From a virus (lineage: Duplodnaviria > Caudoviricetes), in IMG/VR virus record IMGVR_UViG_3300013126_000042, positions 1 to 53,683 of that record: DNA of 53,683 nucleotides; one strand, given 5' to 3'. The first letter of the stretch is position 1. The number at the start of each line of letters is the position of its first letter. The position numbers were made by a program, and so were the translations under genes. The notes under the pieces were generated by a model. The model made no database searches. It was given only the letters and a program-made list of their open reading frames with translations, and was not told the DNA's origin. Below are positions 1 to 8,874 of the stretch, piece by piece.

Positions 1-1215
1 GAAATTATAGATCAATTAGGTGCTAAAATACAAGACACTGCACCTGTAAAAGCATTTGATCAAAAATTTGAGCAGTTAAAATCTAAAGTGGCTGAAAAAT
101 TTCCGGACCTGGCAGAAAAAACTGCCAGTTTAGGAAATTGGGTAAAAGAAAATCCCGGTAAATCTGCGCTGGTCATAGGTATCCTAACTGCCATAGCCTC
201 TTTGGCGGGCGGACCTGTTGGAGGCGCTATAGCCGGTCAGGTTCTACGTGGTGCTCAAGAATTACTCAAAGGTGAAAAACTTTCTACTGCTGTAGGCAAA
301 GGTATTAAGACCGCTGCATTAGGTTATCTATCTGGTAAAGCATTTGAGATAATTGGAGACTACGTTGCTGGAATGCGGGCTGATTCGATTCCTTTTGGTC
401 CCAAAGACGCAGGTCTTGAACAGGTCAGCTACGGAGCCACACGCACACTGACTGCACCGGGAATGACATCTAAAGAAACTCTGCAGGGATTTAATGTGGT
501 TGTGTTTCCAGAACAGCAAGAAACCATTAACTCTGCGATGAATCTAATTAGGCAAGGCGACAGCAGTGGATTTGACACACTGAAAACTGTTGCCGCAGAA
601 ATACGAACACCTGAATATAAGGCTGCTATCAAAGACATTATGAAGTCTGCTAGAAGCCTACAGCTCAGCAATGACAGTTTGATGCGATGGATCAACGGTG
701 TTGCCAAAGCCGGACAGTCGCTGTCACAAGGCGCTGTGGCTGCTGCAGGTGCTGCTGGCAGCAAAAAAGAAAGTTATTATACGCAGACCCGTCCACTCAG
801 CGAAGGTCAAGTCTATATGCTGTTTGATCGTGTGCTTACAGAAGCTGGATTCATGGACAAGATCAAAGGTGCTGCAGGCAAAGTCGCTGGTGCAGTAAGC
901 AAAGGTGCTCAATGGGCCGGTAAGCAGGCCACGGAAAAGGTCACTAGTGCTAAACTACTGGCAGCTTGGAAACTGGAAGGTTCGCCTACAGATTCTGAAG
1001 AATTAAAAAAGTTTTTGTTAGACTTTGGCGGTATAGATACTGCTGTCATAGACAAAGTCTATGCAGACATGAAATTACCTGTAGCCGGTGCAGCAAAAAC
1101 TGATCCTGCTGCACAATCTGTATACGCTACTGTTAAAACCAGTGTAAGTCAGTTAAATAAGAAAGATAGAACTAGATTGGTAGCTTACCTCCAAAAACAA
1201 TTAGGAACCGCATAA
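1..1215 (+). CDS. 5'-truncated putative internal head / ejection protein
   Basis: Frame 1 is open from base 1 (EIIDQLGAK...), so the ORF starts upstream of the window. It has a hydrophobic Gly-rich segment (SALVIGILTAIASLAGGPVGGAIAG) and L-x-E sites (PLSE, VLTE) like T4 gp21 cleavage sites. Confidence 0.55.
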   Translation, partial: EIIDQLGAKIQDTAPVKAFDQKFEQLKSKVAEKFPDLAEKTASLGNWVKENPGKSALVIGILTAIASLAGGPVGGAIAGQVLRGAQELLKGEKLSTAVGKGIKTAALGYLSGKAFEIIGDYVAGMRADSIPFGPKDAGLEQVSYGATRTLTAPGMTSKETLQGFNVVVFPEQQETINSAMNLIRQGDSSGFDTLKTVAAEIRTPEYKAAIKDIMKSARSLQLSNDSLMRWINGVAKAGQSLSQGAVAAAGAAGSKKESYYTQTRPLSEGQVYMLFDRVLTEAGFMDKIKGAAGKVAGAVSKGAQWAGKQATEKVTSAKLLAAWKLEGSPTDSEELKKFLLDFGGIDTAVIDKVYADMKLPVAGAAKTDPAAQSVYATVKTSVSQLNKKDRTRLVAYLQKQLGTA

Positions 1216-1216
1216 C

Positions 1217-2137
1217 ATGAAAATCAATGAAATATTAACAGAAAGTCAACAGCTAGACGAAGGCCCATTAGACAGCGTTGGCAAATACATCGGACGAGGT
1301 GTCGGCGGAGCTGCCAAAGCAGCAGGTGCTGTAGCAGGTGGTGTTGCTGGCATAGGTCGAGCATTTAAGAAAGGTTATGCAGGAGGTAAGGCCACAGTAG
1401 CAGGAGATCCTAGTCCCAATGCTGATGACAGCACAGATACTACTACAACCACAACTACTACCGGAGGCGGATCAGCACCTGCAACACAACCGGCAGCAGC
1501 CGCAGAGCCAGCATCTGGGGGAGGTTCAGGATACGCAGCACCGGCAGCACAGCCCGCAGCAGCTCCTACCGCACAAGCTGTTAACAAAGCAGGTCCTGCC
1601 GGAGCTCCAGCAGCTAAACCACAAACCGGCGCTGCTGCACAGGCCATGGCTAAAACTGCACAGGCCACAGCTGGTCAAGACGCAGGACAGGCTGGACAGA
1701 CCATGTATGCTCAGGTCAAAGCCAACATTGACAAGCTAGACAAAAAAGGCAAACAACGTATTCTACAGTTGTTACAGAAATCATTAACACAACCTAGTCC
1801 AGCAGATCAGAAAGCTGCTGCTCCTGCAGCACAACCAGCAGCAGGACCCGGAAGCAAGACCGCAGGTACTACCGCAGCAGGACAACCTAAAGTTGAACCA
1901 GATCTAAATGCACCAGCAGCAACACCAGCAGCACCAGCTGCAACACCAGCTGCACCCGCTGGTGAGCCTGCACCTGTTAAAAAGAAAGGCGGCCGCAAAA
2001 AAGCAGCAGCTCCTAGCCAAGCAGAAATTGATGCAGACAGAGAACGTCTAATGGGAGTAACTTCAGATTCAATTATTCGTAAAGGTAATTTAGTATCTGA
2101 GGGTCGAGTTCCATTTAGTTTTTTTAAACCTAGATGA
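1217..2137 (+). CDS. Ala/Pro/Gly-rich putative internal head protein
   Basis: N-terminus MKINEILTESQQLDE has I/L-x-E motifs; glycine-zipper-like segment; low-complexity PAA linkers. Confidence 0.55.
   Translation: MKINEILTESQQLDEGPLDSVGKYIGRGVGGAAKAAGAVAGGVAGIGRAFKKGYAGGKATVAGDPSPNADDSTDTTTTTTTTGGGSAPATQPAAAAEPASGGGSGYAAPAAQPAAAPTAQAVNKAGPAGAPAAKPQTGAAAQAMAKTAQATAGQDAGQAGQTMYAQVKANIDKLDKKGKQRILQLLQKSLTQPSPADQKAAAPAAQPAAGPGSKTAGTTAAGQPKVEPDLNAPAATPAAPAATPAAPAGEPAPVKKKGGRKKAAAPSQAEIDADRERLMGVTSDSIIRKGNLVSEGRVPFSFFKPR
1909..1960 (+). repeat. Short coding tandem repeat (APAATPA)n
   Basis: gcaccagcagcaacaccagcagcaccagctgcaacaccagctgcacccgct encodes APAATPAAPAATPAAPA. Confidence 0.8.
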
Positions 2138-2568
2138 AAGCCAAAGAATTTATCTTTGAACGAGACTCTCTATGGAGTAAGGTCAAAGATTTTACCGGTT
2201 GGTCAAAATATCAAAATACCGATGCTCCGACCGCAGACGATGAATGGAACCCTTTTAGATCTAAGGGAGCCAAGCAACCAACAGCAAACAAGTCTGTGAA
2301 AAAAACTGTGACAAGATCTCAGCCAACCGTGCAAGGCATAAAAGATTTTGAAATCAAGGACACAGTGTCTAGACTGCACAATGGACAGCCTATGTATGCA
2401 GATGATCAGGATAGATTGAATAGACTAATCAATGGTCTAAGAAAAGGCACAGTTAGAACATCTGTTGACACTAATTCTTTAATGCGTACACTGAAAGATG
2501 CTCAACAAGGTAAGAGTCTTTCGGACGAACAAAAACAGGTTCTTGTAAATTATAAAAACAATCTTTAA
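2134..2568 (+). CDS. Hypothetical protein, possible internal head protein
   Basis: ATGA overlap with the upstream stop; N-terminus MKAKEFIFE resembles that of the preceding gene. Confidence 0.6.
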   Translation: MKAKEFIFERDSLWSKVKDFTGWSKYQNTDAPTADDEWNPFRSKGAKQPTANKSVKKTVTRSQPTVQGIKDFEIKDTVSRLHNGQPMYADDQDRLNRLINGLRKGTVRTSVDTNSLMRTLKDAQQGKSLSDEQKQVLVNYKNNL

Positions 2569-2792
2569 AAGAAATTTAAACCTGTTTTCTTGGTAGTTTC
2601 TAGGTTTTCTTTGATAATCTCTGCTACGATTTCTCTTTCATCGTAACTCATATTCATACCTTCACTGTAAGAAAGACCTCTCATATACCAACACAGTTTG
2701 AGAACATCTTTCTTTATTATCCGTGCCTCTTTGTCTAATTGTTCAGCTTCCTGTAAGATCTCCGGCAGGGATAATGTTAAGATCTTACTGCG
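2565..2792 (-). CDS. gp51-like baseplate/tail assembly segment; 75-codon -1 frame extension of the gp26-like gene (absent from the ORF track)
   Basis: Manual translation gives RSKILTLSLPEILQEAEQLDKEARIIKKDVLKLCWYMRGLSYSEGMNMSYDEREIVAEIIKENLETTKKTGLNFF*. The frame begins at the slippery site and has no ATG until codon 37. Confidence 0.7.
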   Translation of the reverse strand, partial: RSKILTLSLPEILQEAEQLDKEARIIKKDVLKLCWYMRGLSYSEGMNMSYDEREIVAEIIKENLETTKKTGLNFF

Positions 2793-2801
2793 AAAAAATT
2801 T
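2753..2801 (-). promoter_or_regulatory. Putative -1 programmed ribosomal frameshift signal
   Basis: In-frame A AAT TTT TTC (2801-2792) contains two X XXY YYZ heptamers. A perfect 9-bp stem GTAAGATCT (2788-2780) / AGATCTTAC (2761-2753) starts 6 nt after the first heptamer. Confidence 0.7.
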
Positions 2802-3637
2802 GACTGATCCATGGTTACGGGTAGGATATAAGGTGTTTCACATTCTTTACAGACAACATCTTGAGGTTTAAGTTCAACATTTTCTTTGAGTTTAGTCATA
2901 TGTTCAGAGATACGTTCGAACACATCTTTAGAACAGTTATAGATAAATTCTTTAATCTGATTAGGGTCGCTGGTTTCGCCCTCCGGTGTTTGTATTTTTG
3001 CAATACAACCGGCTACGATATCTACAGTTAATTCAGTGAGTTTAACAAAACTTTTACCAAAACGTTCTACTTTTTCTTCGTCACTGATATTTTCGTCATT
3101 GACAATTGAAAAAATTCTCTGTTGCTCAAAAGTTTTAATAGTATTCTTAGTAACTTCTTGATAGGTATAGGGTCTTAGATAAAAAGTCAACGGGTCAATA
3201 GTTACAGTTTCTTCATAGACAAATGTACCAAATTTTTCTAACCAAGCAGTTAAATTCATTTCAAATTCATTTTCTGCTTTGCAATGAGGGCAAGTACTGT
3301 TTAACTCCATGGTTTCACCATAGGTAGCGATTCTAATAGCAATTAAACAAACATCAAGATCGATACTAGGCATCTTCCAAGGATCTATAATCGCAGGAAT
3401 ACAGCTTTTGATAACTTGTACAGTGCTTTCTCCGGATAACAATGCGTCCGGAGTTTTAAACATCAATTCGTCTTTGGCTGTCATCGCATATACTGGATAT
3501 GTGCCATTGGCAGAAATATCGATGGCATTTTTAGGATAGAATTTTCCTTCCGAAGGTAGCTTCAGCCATATTTTAGGTTGTCTAAAATAATTTGCTAAAG
3601 GATTACCGCTCACTATCGTTCTTTGATTTTCTGACAT
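2777..3637 (-). CDS. T4 gp26-like baseplate hub / tail assembly chaperone
   Basis: Motifs LPSEGKFYP, MTAKDEL, LIAIRIATYG and two CxxC (CPHC, CKEC). Start moved to ATG 3637 because GGAG lies just upstream. Adjacent to the tape-measure gene. Confidence 0.75.
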   Translation of the reverse strand: MSENQRTIVSGNPLANYFRQPKIWLKLPSEGKFYPKNAIDISANGTYPVYAMTAKDELMFKTPDALLSGESTVQVIKSCIPAIIDPWKMPSIDLDVCLIAIRIATYGETMELNSTCPHCKAENEFEMNLTAWLEKFGTFVYEETVTIDPLTFYLRPYTYQEVTKNTIKTFEQQRIFSIVNDENISDEEKVERFGKSFVKLTELTVDIVAGCIAKIQTPEGETSDPNQIKEFIYNCSKDVFERISEHMTKLKENVELKPQDVVCKECETPYILPVTMDQSNFFAVRS

Positions 3638-3648
3638 TTTGATCTCCA

Positions 3649-3678
3649 ATAAATACTATTGCCGTATTGGTATTTATA
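3649..3678. promoter_or_regulatory. Face-to-face pair of T4-type late promoters
   Basis: ATAAATA on + (3649-3655) and TATAAATA on - (3678-3671) lie between the divergent gp26-like and tape-measure genes. Confidence 0.6.
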
Positions 3679-3704
3679 TGCGCATTTTTCTGGATTTTTA
3701 AATA

Positions 3705-6700
3705 ATGGCTCAAGTCACAATCGATATTCCTGGAATTGGTAATGTAGTAGCTAAGAATGCTGCCTCTGAAGCCACCTTGAAAGAAATTCTCAAAGCTATG
3801 CAAGGTGCAGGCAAAGGTGGAGGTGGTGGCGCAGGCGGAGCTGGCGCAGGAGGCGGAGCTGGAGGTGCAGCATTAAATCAGCAGACCAAAGCAGTTAAAG
3901 AAAGCACCAAAACTACACAACAAACTACTAAAGAAGTTAAAGAAAGCGGTGATGCTTTTGGAAGAGTTGGAAGAGCAGCTGGGTTGGTTAGCTTTGGGAT
4001 GGGCAGACTTACAAAAATCGTAGAGACTGCTGGAAGAGGTGTATTAGGTCTCGGTGAACGAGCAGCACAAATCGTACAGACATTTGCTAATGTAGGCGAT
4101 AGTGTAGAAAATGCAGCTGGTGTGTTTTCTGGTATTCCGGTAGTAGGTACTATTTTTGCAGCAGTGGCTTCAGCAGCAACTAAAGTGACAGATTCGTTTC
4201 AAAGTGCTACAGCCGCTGGTGCTACATTTGGCGGAAGTATAACTAATTTCTCTAGAGCAGCCAGCGGTGCAGGAATGACCATGGAAAAATTTGGTCAGAT
4301 GATAGCACAGAACGGAGAAGGTCTAAGACTGTTAGGTGGTACTACTGAAGCTGGCGCAAATAGATTCAGTCAAATTTCAAACGCTGTACGAAAAACCAGC
4401 AACGATCTATATGCATTAGGTTTCAGCACAGCTGATGTTAATCAAGGTATCGCTTCATACAGCAAGTTGATGGGCAGTTTAGGCAAGCTTCAAGGAATGA
4501 GCAATGCAGATCTAGCCAAAGGCAGCAGAGCATATCTTAAAGAAATTGATGCCCTGGCAAAAATCACGGGCGAAACAAGAAAACAACAAGAAGAAGCTCA
4601 GGCAAAATTAGCAGCGTCGGCACAATTCCAAGCGATGGTAGGTAATATGAACGCTACCGAAGCTAAGAAAATGATGGCTACTATAACGGGACTGCCTCCG
4701 GGATTAAGAAGCGTAGCTGAAGACATTATGGCCACAGGTACAGCCACTACTGAAGAAAGTCAACAGTTCATGGCATTGATGCCTAAGTCTGCAGCAAAAA
4801 TGGCAGAGTTTGCTGAAATGAGTAAACGAGGTATAGCACCAACAGTTGCTCAACAACAAGAACTTCAAAATCTTTTAAAGATGGAAGGAGCCGCAGCTAA
4901 GAAACAATACGGAGACAATGCTAGATATAACAAAGACATAGCTAAGACATTCATGATGATGAATGATTCTGCTAATATTACCAAAGACGGGTTAGTGCAG
5001 GCAACCGCAGAACAAGAAAAAGCTATCAATAAAACTGACGGTATGGCCGCACAGATGGAAAAGACTAAACAAACTCTTGCAGAGTTTAGTAACGGTTTTC
5101 AAATGGCACTGGCTAATAGTGGTATACTTGATTTGATGTTGAAAGCATTTACATTATTAGCGAATCTTGTTCAAACATTTGTAGTTCCTGCTTTTAACAT
5201 AGTAGCTGGAATCCTTACTGCGGTATTAGAACCAGCACTAAAATTCTTAGGAGAAATAATTAACACCTATGTTGTACCTGCGATGCAGGTATTGGTAGGA
5301 TTTTTCGTTGATACTTTAATACCGGTCATCCAAGATGTTGCTACTACCTTAAAAGACTTTTTCAAACCTATATTTGAAGAAATTGGTGCATTCTTTAGAG
5401 ATACATTATATCCAGCGTTTCTAGATGTTGTTGTATTTGTTCGAGATTCGTTCTTGCCTACATTTATGGACATAGCATCAGCCATAGGAGAAATAGTCAC
5501 TCCGGTATTTGAAGCACTTGGTGGAATAATCAAAGACTATGTATGGCCAGCTTTTCAAGCCATAGGATCATTTATCGCAGATAATCTTACTCCAATATTT
5601 GCTACTTTATTAACAGCATTAACTGCCTATGCTACCTATCAATTAGTTACAGGTATAGGTGCACTGATTAGTTTTGGTACAGCTTTAATAGCAGCAACAA
5701 TACCATTCCTTCCGTTAATAGCCGCAGTGGGTGCAATAGCCGCAGGTTTCTTTTTCTTATATAAAAAATTAGAAGAAGCCGGATTTGGTTTTAATATGTT
5801 AGGTGACGGTCTACGATTAATCAAAGTGAAGTTTAAAGAATTTACCGGCGCTATTGGTGATATAATAGCTAAGATTCCTGGTATGGGTAGATCCGAAGAA
5901 GAAGAGAAAGCTAGAGAAGAAGAGAAAAAAGCTCTAGAAGAAGAGAAAAAAGAGATACAGAATAGATTAGAAGAAAGAAGAAAACAAAATGCTTTTGAAG
6001 CCACCGAAGGAGGAAAACAACTTAAGGCTATTGAAAATCAAAAGAAGCGTGAAGAACTAAAATTAGATATTGATAAAAAAGTTACAGGATATAAAGAAAC
6101 TGGAGCTAAACATATCAAATCTGCAAGCGGTTCATTAGGCCAAGGAGCAGCGTCTGCCAAAGAAACTGCCGATGCAGCCAAAGATGCGGCAGCAACAACC
6201 AAAGAAGTTGATCTAAGTAGTCCTATTAATTCTTTGATGACCTTTGCAGAACAACAGAAATCATCTATGTTTGTAGAAGGCGATAGAGAGAAAAAACAAA
6301 AAGTAAGAACAGAACAAAGAGCCGAAATAGTCAAAGAGTTTGAAAAAGAAAAATTAGCAGCGGTAACCGGAACAGACAAAGAAAAAATGGAAGCTGCTAA
6401 ACGAGCTGTAGAAGCACAGAAAAAATTAGAAGCGTTTGATAAACAAGCAGCAGTTGACTCTGCTAGAGCCGAATTAGGATATGCAAAAACAGATGCAGAG
6501 AAAAAGATGGCTGCACAAACCCTAGCAGCGGCGGAGAAAAAATTAGCAGATTTTAAGAAAGAAAGTCAAGAGAAACCTACAGCAAAAGCATCTGCTCCTA
6601 GCACATCTCCGACTACTCCTTCTACTAGCAAGGTAGGTGCAGCTGAAACTCCTAAAACTGAATTAGAAGCCCAGGCCGCAAGAAAAGCAGCAGAAGAAAA

Positions 6701-6905
6701 AGCTAGAAAGGAAGCAGAAGGTAAACCTAGCACACCTGGACAAAAAACTGTACCAGGACGTAATCAAGAATCAGCTGAATCGTTGTTAGCCAGCTTAAAT
6801 ACTAAGATGGATGTTCTTATAGGAATAAATCGACAACAAATTGATGTAGGAGAAAGACAACTTTCAGTGCAATCCAATCTGTCAGGTGATGTTTTCACTA
6901 TATAA
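3705..6905 (+). CDS. Tail tape-measure protein (gp29-like)
   Basis: 1066 aa, Ala/Gly-rich and helical, with a periodic amphipathic repeat region, hydrophobic segments and a charged coiled-coil C-terminus; next to the tail chaperone and portal genes. Confidence 0.75.
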   Translation: MAQVTIDIPGIGNVVAKNAASEATLKEILKAMQGAGKGGGGGAGGAGAGGGAGGAALNQQTKAVKESTKTTQQTTKEVKESGDAFGRVGRAAGLVSFGMGRLTKIVETAGRGVLGLGERAAQIVQTFANVGDSVENAAGVFSGIPVVGTIFAAVASAATKVTDSFQSATAAGATFGGSITNFSRAASGAGMTMEKFGQMIAQNGEGLRLLGGTTEAGANRFSQISNAVRKTSNDLYALGFSTADVNQGIASYSKLMGSLGKLQGMSNADLAKGSRAYLKEIDALAKITGETRKQQEEAQAKLAASAQFQAMVGNMNATEAKKMMATITGLPPGLRSVAEDIMATGTATTEESQQFMALMPKSAAKMAEFAEMSKRGIAPTVAQQQELQNLLKMEGAAAKKQYGDNARYNKDIAKTFMMMNDSANITKDGLVQATAEQEKAINKTDGMAAQMEKTKQTLAEFSNGFQMALANSGILDLMLKAFTLLANLVQTFVVPAFNIVAGILTAVLEPALKFLGEIINTYVVPAMQVLVGFFVDTLIPVIQDVATTLKDFFKPIFEEIGAFFRDTLYPAFLDVVVFVRDSFLPTFMDIASAIGEIVTPVFEALGGIIKDYVWPAFQAIGSFIADNLTPIFATLLTALTAYATYQLVTGIGALISFGTALIAATIPFLPLIAAVGAIAAGFFFLYKKLEEAGFGFNMLGDGLRLIKVKFKEFTGAIGDIIAKIPGMGRSEEEEKAREEEKKALEEEKKEIQNRLEERRKQNAFEATEGGKQLKAIENQKKREELKLDIDKKVTGYKETGAKHIKSASGSLGQGAASAKETADAAKDAAATTKEVDLSSPINSLMTFAEQQKSSMFVEGDREKKQKVRTEQRAEIVKEFEKEKLAAVTGTDKEKMEAAKRAVEAQKKLEAFDKQAAVDSARAELGYAKTDAEKKMAAQTLAAAEKKLADFKKESQEKPTAKASAPSTSPTTPSTSKVGAAETPKTELEAQAARKAAEEKARKEAEGKPSTPGQKTVPGRNQESAESLLASLNTKMDVLIGINRQQIDVGERQLSVQSNLSGDVFTI
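5187..5594 (+). repeat. Nine 15-aa proline-punctuated repeats in the tape measure
   Basis: Ten prolines spaced exactly 15 residues (45 bp) apart, from CCT 5187 to CCA 5592. Confidence 0.85.
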
Positions 6906-6917
6906 TGGAAAAATAAA

Positions 6918-8615
6918 ATGAGTTGGAAAAAATATTTTACACCGGTAACGATCGATAACGAATCTAGATCAATGAGTCCTTTAGGAGGCAAAGGTCGTCC
7001 GGGTCCGGCTCGAGCAAACTACAGTTCATTTTTACCAGATGTATATGCCGGAGCTCCTAATCGCGTTGAACGTTATATGCAATACGACACAATGGATATG
7101 GATTCAGAAGTCAATGCGGCCCTAGATATTCTAGCAGAATTCTGCACACAGAAAGACAAAGAAAATGCTACCCCATTTCATTGCTTTTTCAGAGGTAGAG
7201 CAACAACCACTGAAACGAAGTTATTGAAAGAAAGTCTTCAAAAATGGAGCAAGTTACAGCAATTTGAAACTAGAATTTTCCGTATAGTTAGAAATGCTTT
7301 CAAATACGGAGACTGTTTTTTTGTAAGAGATCCTGAAACCAAAAAATGGTTATTTGTAGATGCTGCTAAAGTTTCTAAGATTATCGTAAACGAGTCAGAA
7401 GGTAAGATTCCTGAACAATATGTTGTTCGAGATATCAATTTTAATTTCAAAGAGTTAATCGCAGTAACTCCCCACGGTACTACAAACACAGCACCTAGCG
7501 GTACAAGTTCATATACTTCAGGCGGGGGATTTGGTCGTGGAATGGTTGGCTCAGCAGCACAACCTCCAGGTACAAGATTTAGTAATCAAGCTAACGAAGT
7601 AACTATCGATGCTAAAAATGTTGTACACATTAGCCTAAGTGAAGGATTGGATAATAACTATCCTTTTGGTAATTCGTTGTTAGAATCGGTATTCAAAGTT
7701 TATAAACAAAAAGAATTGTTGGAAGATGCAATCATTATCTATCGTATCCAACGTGCTCCAGAACGTAGAATTTTTTATGTCGACGTAGGTAATATGCCAG
7801 CTCACATGGCTATGAGTTTTGTTGAGCGTGTTAAAAATGAAATTCAACAACGTCGCATCCCTAGTGCCACAGGCGGAGGCGCGAATGTAATGGATGCCAG
7901 TTATAATCCATTATCTGTATCTGAAGATTATTTTTTCCCACAAACAGCAGAAGGTCGGGGTTCAAAAGTTGAAACCTTGCCGGGCGGAACTAATCTTGGT
8001 GAGATCACAGATTTACGTTATTTTACTAATAAACTATTCCGCGCTTTAAGAATTCCAAGTTCTTATCTACCTACAGCTATTGATGAGCAACCAAATAATG
8101 TAGCGGACGGTAAAGTTGGTACAGCATATATTCAAGAATTGAGATTTAATGAATATTGTAAACGCCTGCAATCTATGATTGGAGAAACTTTTGATCAAGA
8201 ATTTAAAACTTGGTTGAATGACAGCGGTATTAATATCGATCCGGGATTATTTGAATTAAAATTTAATACCCCACAGAACTTTGCGGCCTACAGACAATCA
8301 GAATTGGATACAGCTAGAGTAGCGACCTATGCACAGTTAACACAGATTCCTTATATCAGTAAACGTTTCGGATTAAAACGTTTCCTAGGTTTAACACAAG
8401 AAGAAATCGTTGAAAACGAAATACTATGGAAAGAAGAAAACAGTGGTAAATTAAAACCAGCATTAGATGCCGCAGGTGAAATGAGGTCTATAGGAATTTC
8501 AGGCGGCGGCCTACAATCAGCTGCCGAAGGACAAACAGCAGAAGCATCTCCGGACATGGCCGCAGCAGCAGAAGCTCCGGCTGAAGAACCAGCAGCACCT
8601 GCAGCAGAAATTTAA
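6918..8615 (+). CDS. gp20: Portal protein, T4 gp20 family
   Basis: Signature LEDAIIIYRIQRAPERRIFYVDVGNMP, plus EDYFFP..EGRGSKVETLPGGTNLGEI and ELRF. Confidence 0.97.
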   Translation: MSWKKYFTPVTIDNESRSMSPLGGKGRPGPARANYSSFLPDVYAGAPNRVERYMQYDTMDMDSEVNAALDILAEFCTQKDKENATPFHCFFRGRATTTETKLLKESLQKWSKLQQFETRIFRIVRNAFKYGDCFFVRDPETKKWLFVDAAKVSKIIVNESEGKIPEQYVVRDINFNFKELIAVTPHGTTNTAPSGTSSYTSGGGFGRGMVGSAAQPPGTRFSNQANEVTIDAKNVVHISLSEGLDNNYPFGNSLLESVFKVYKQKELLEDAIIIYRIQRAPERRIFYVDVGNMPAHMAMSFVERVKNEIQQRRIPSATGGGANVMDASYNPLSVSEDYFFPQTAEGRGSKVETLPGGTNLGEITDLRYFTNKLFRALRIPSSYLPTAIDEQPNNVADGKVGTAYIQELRFNEYCKRLQSMIGETFDQEFKTWLNDSGINIDPGLFELKFNTPQNFAAYRQSELDTARVATYAQLTQIPYISKRFGLKRFLGLTQEEIVENEILWKEENSGKLKPALDAAGEMRSIGISGGGLQSAAEGQTAEASPDMAAAAEAPAEEPAAPAAEI

Positions 8616-8625
8616 TAAATACAAG

Positions 8626-8874
8626 ATGCTTCTATTAGAATTTTTATATTTCAACGATAACACCAACGATTTTTCTGTAGATCGTCGTTATTCTAACGAA
8701 CGAGACAGCAGTATTTTAGAAAAAGATGATACAAGAAAAATACGTCTAACTCTAAGACAAATCAATCAGCTTAGAATGCAGAGCGAAGCTCACGAATTTG
8801 AAAAAGAGTCAGAGTTAGAATTTATCAAACAAATGTACGGAACTCCAGTTGAAGCAGAACAACCAGCCCAATAA
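8626..8874 (+). CDS. Small hypothetical protein downstream of portal
   Basis: 82 aa with DTRKIRLTLRQINQLR; ATAAATA ends 4 nt before the ATG. Confidence 0.7.
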   Translation: MLLLEFLYFNDNTNDFSVDRRYSNERDSSILEKDDTRKIRLTLRQINQLRMQSEAHEFEKESELEFIKQMYGTPVEAEQPAQ

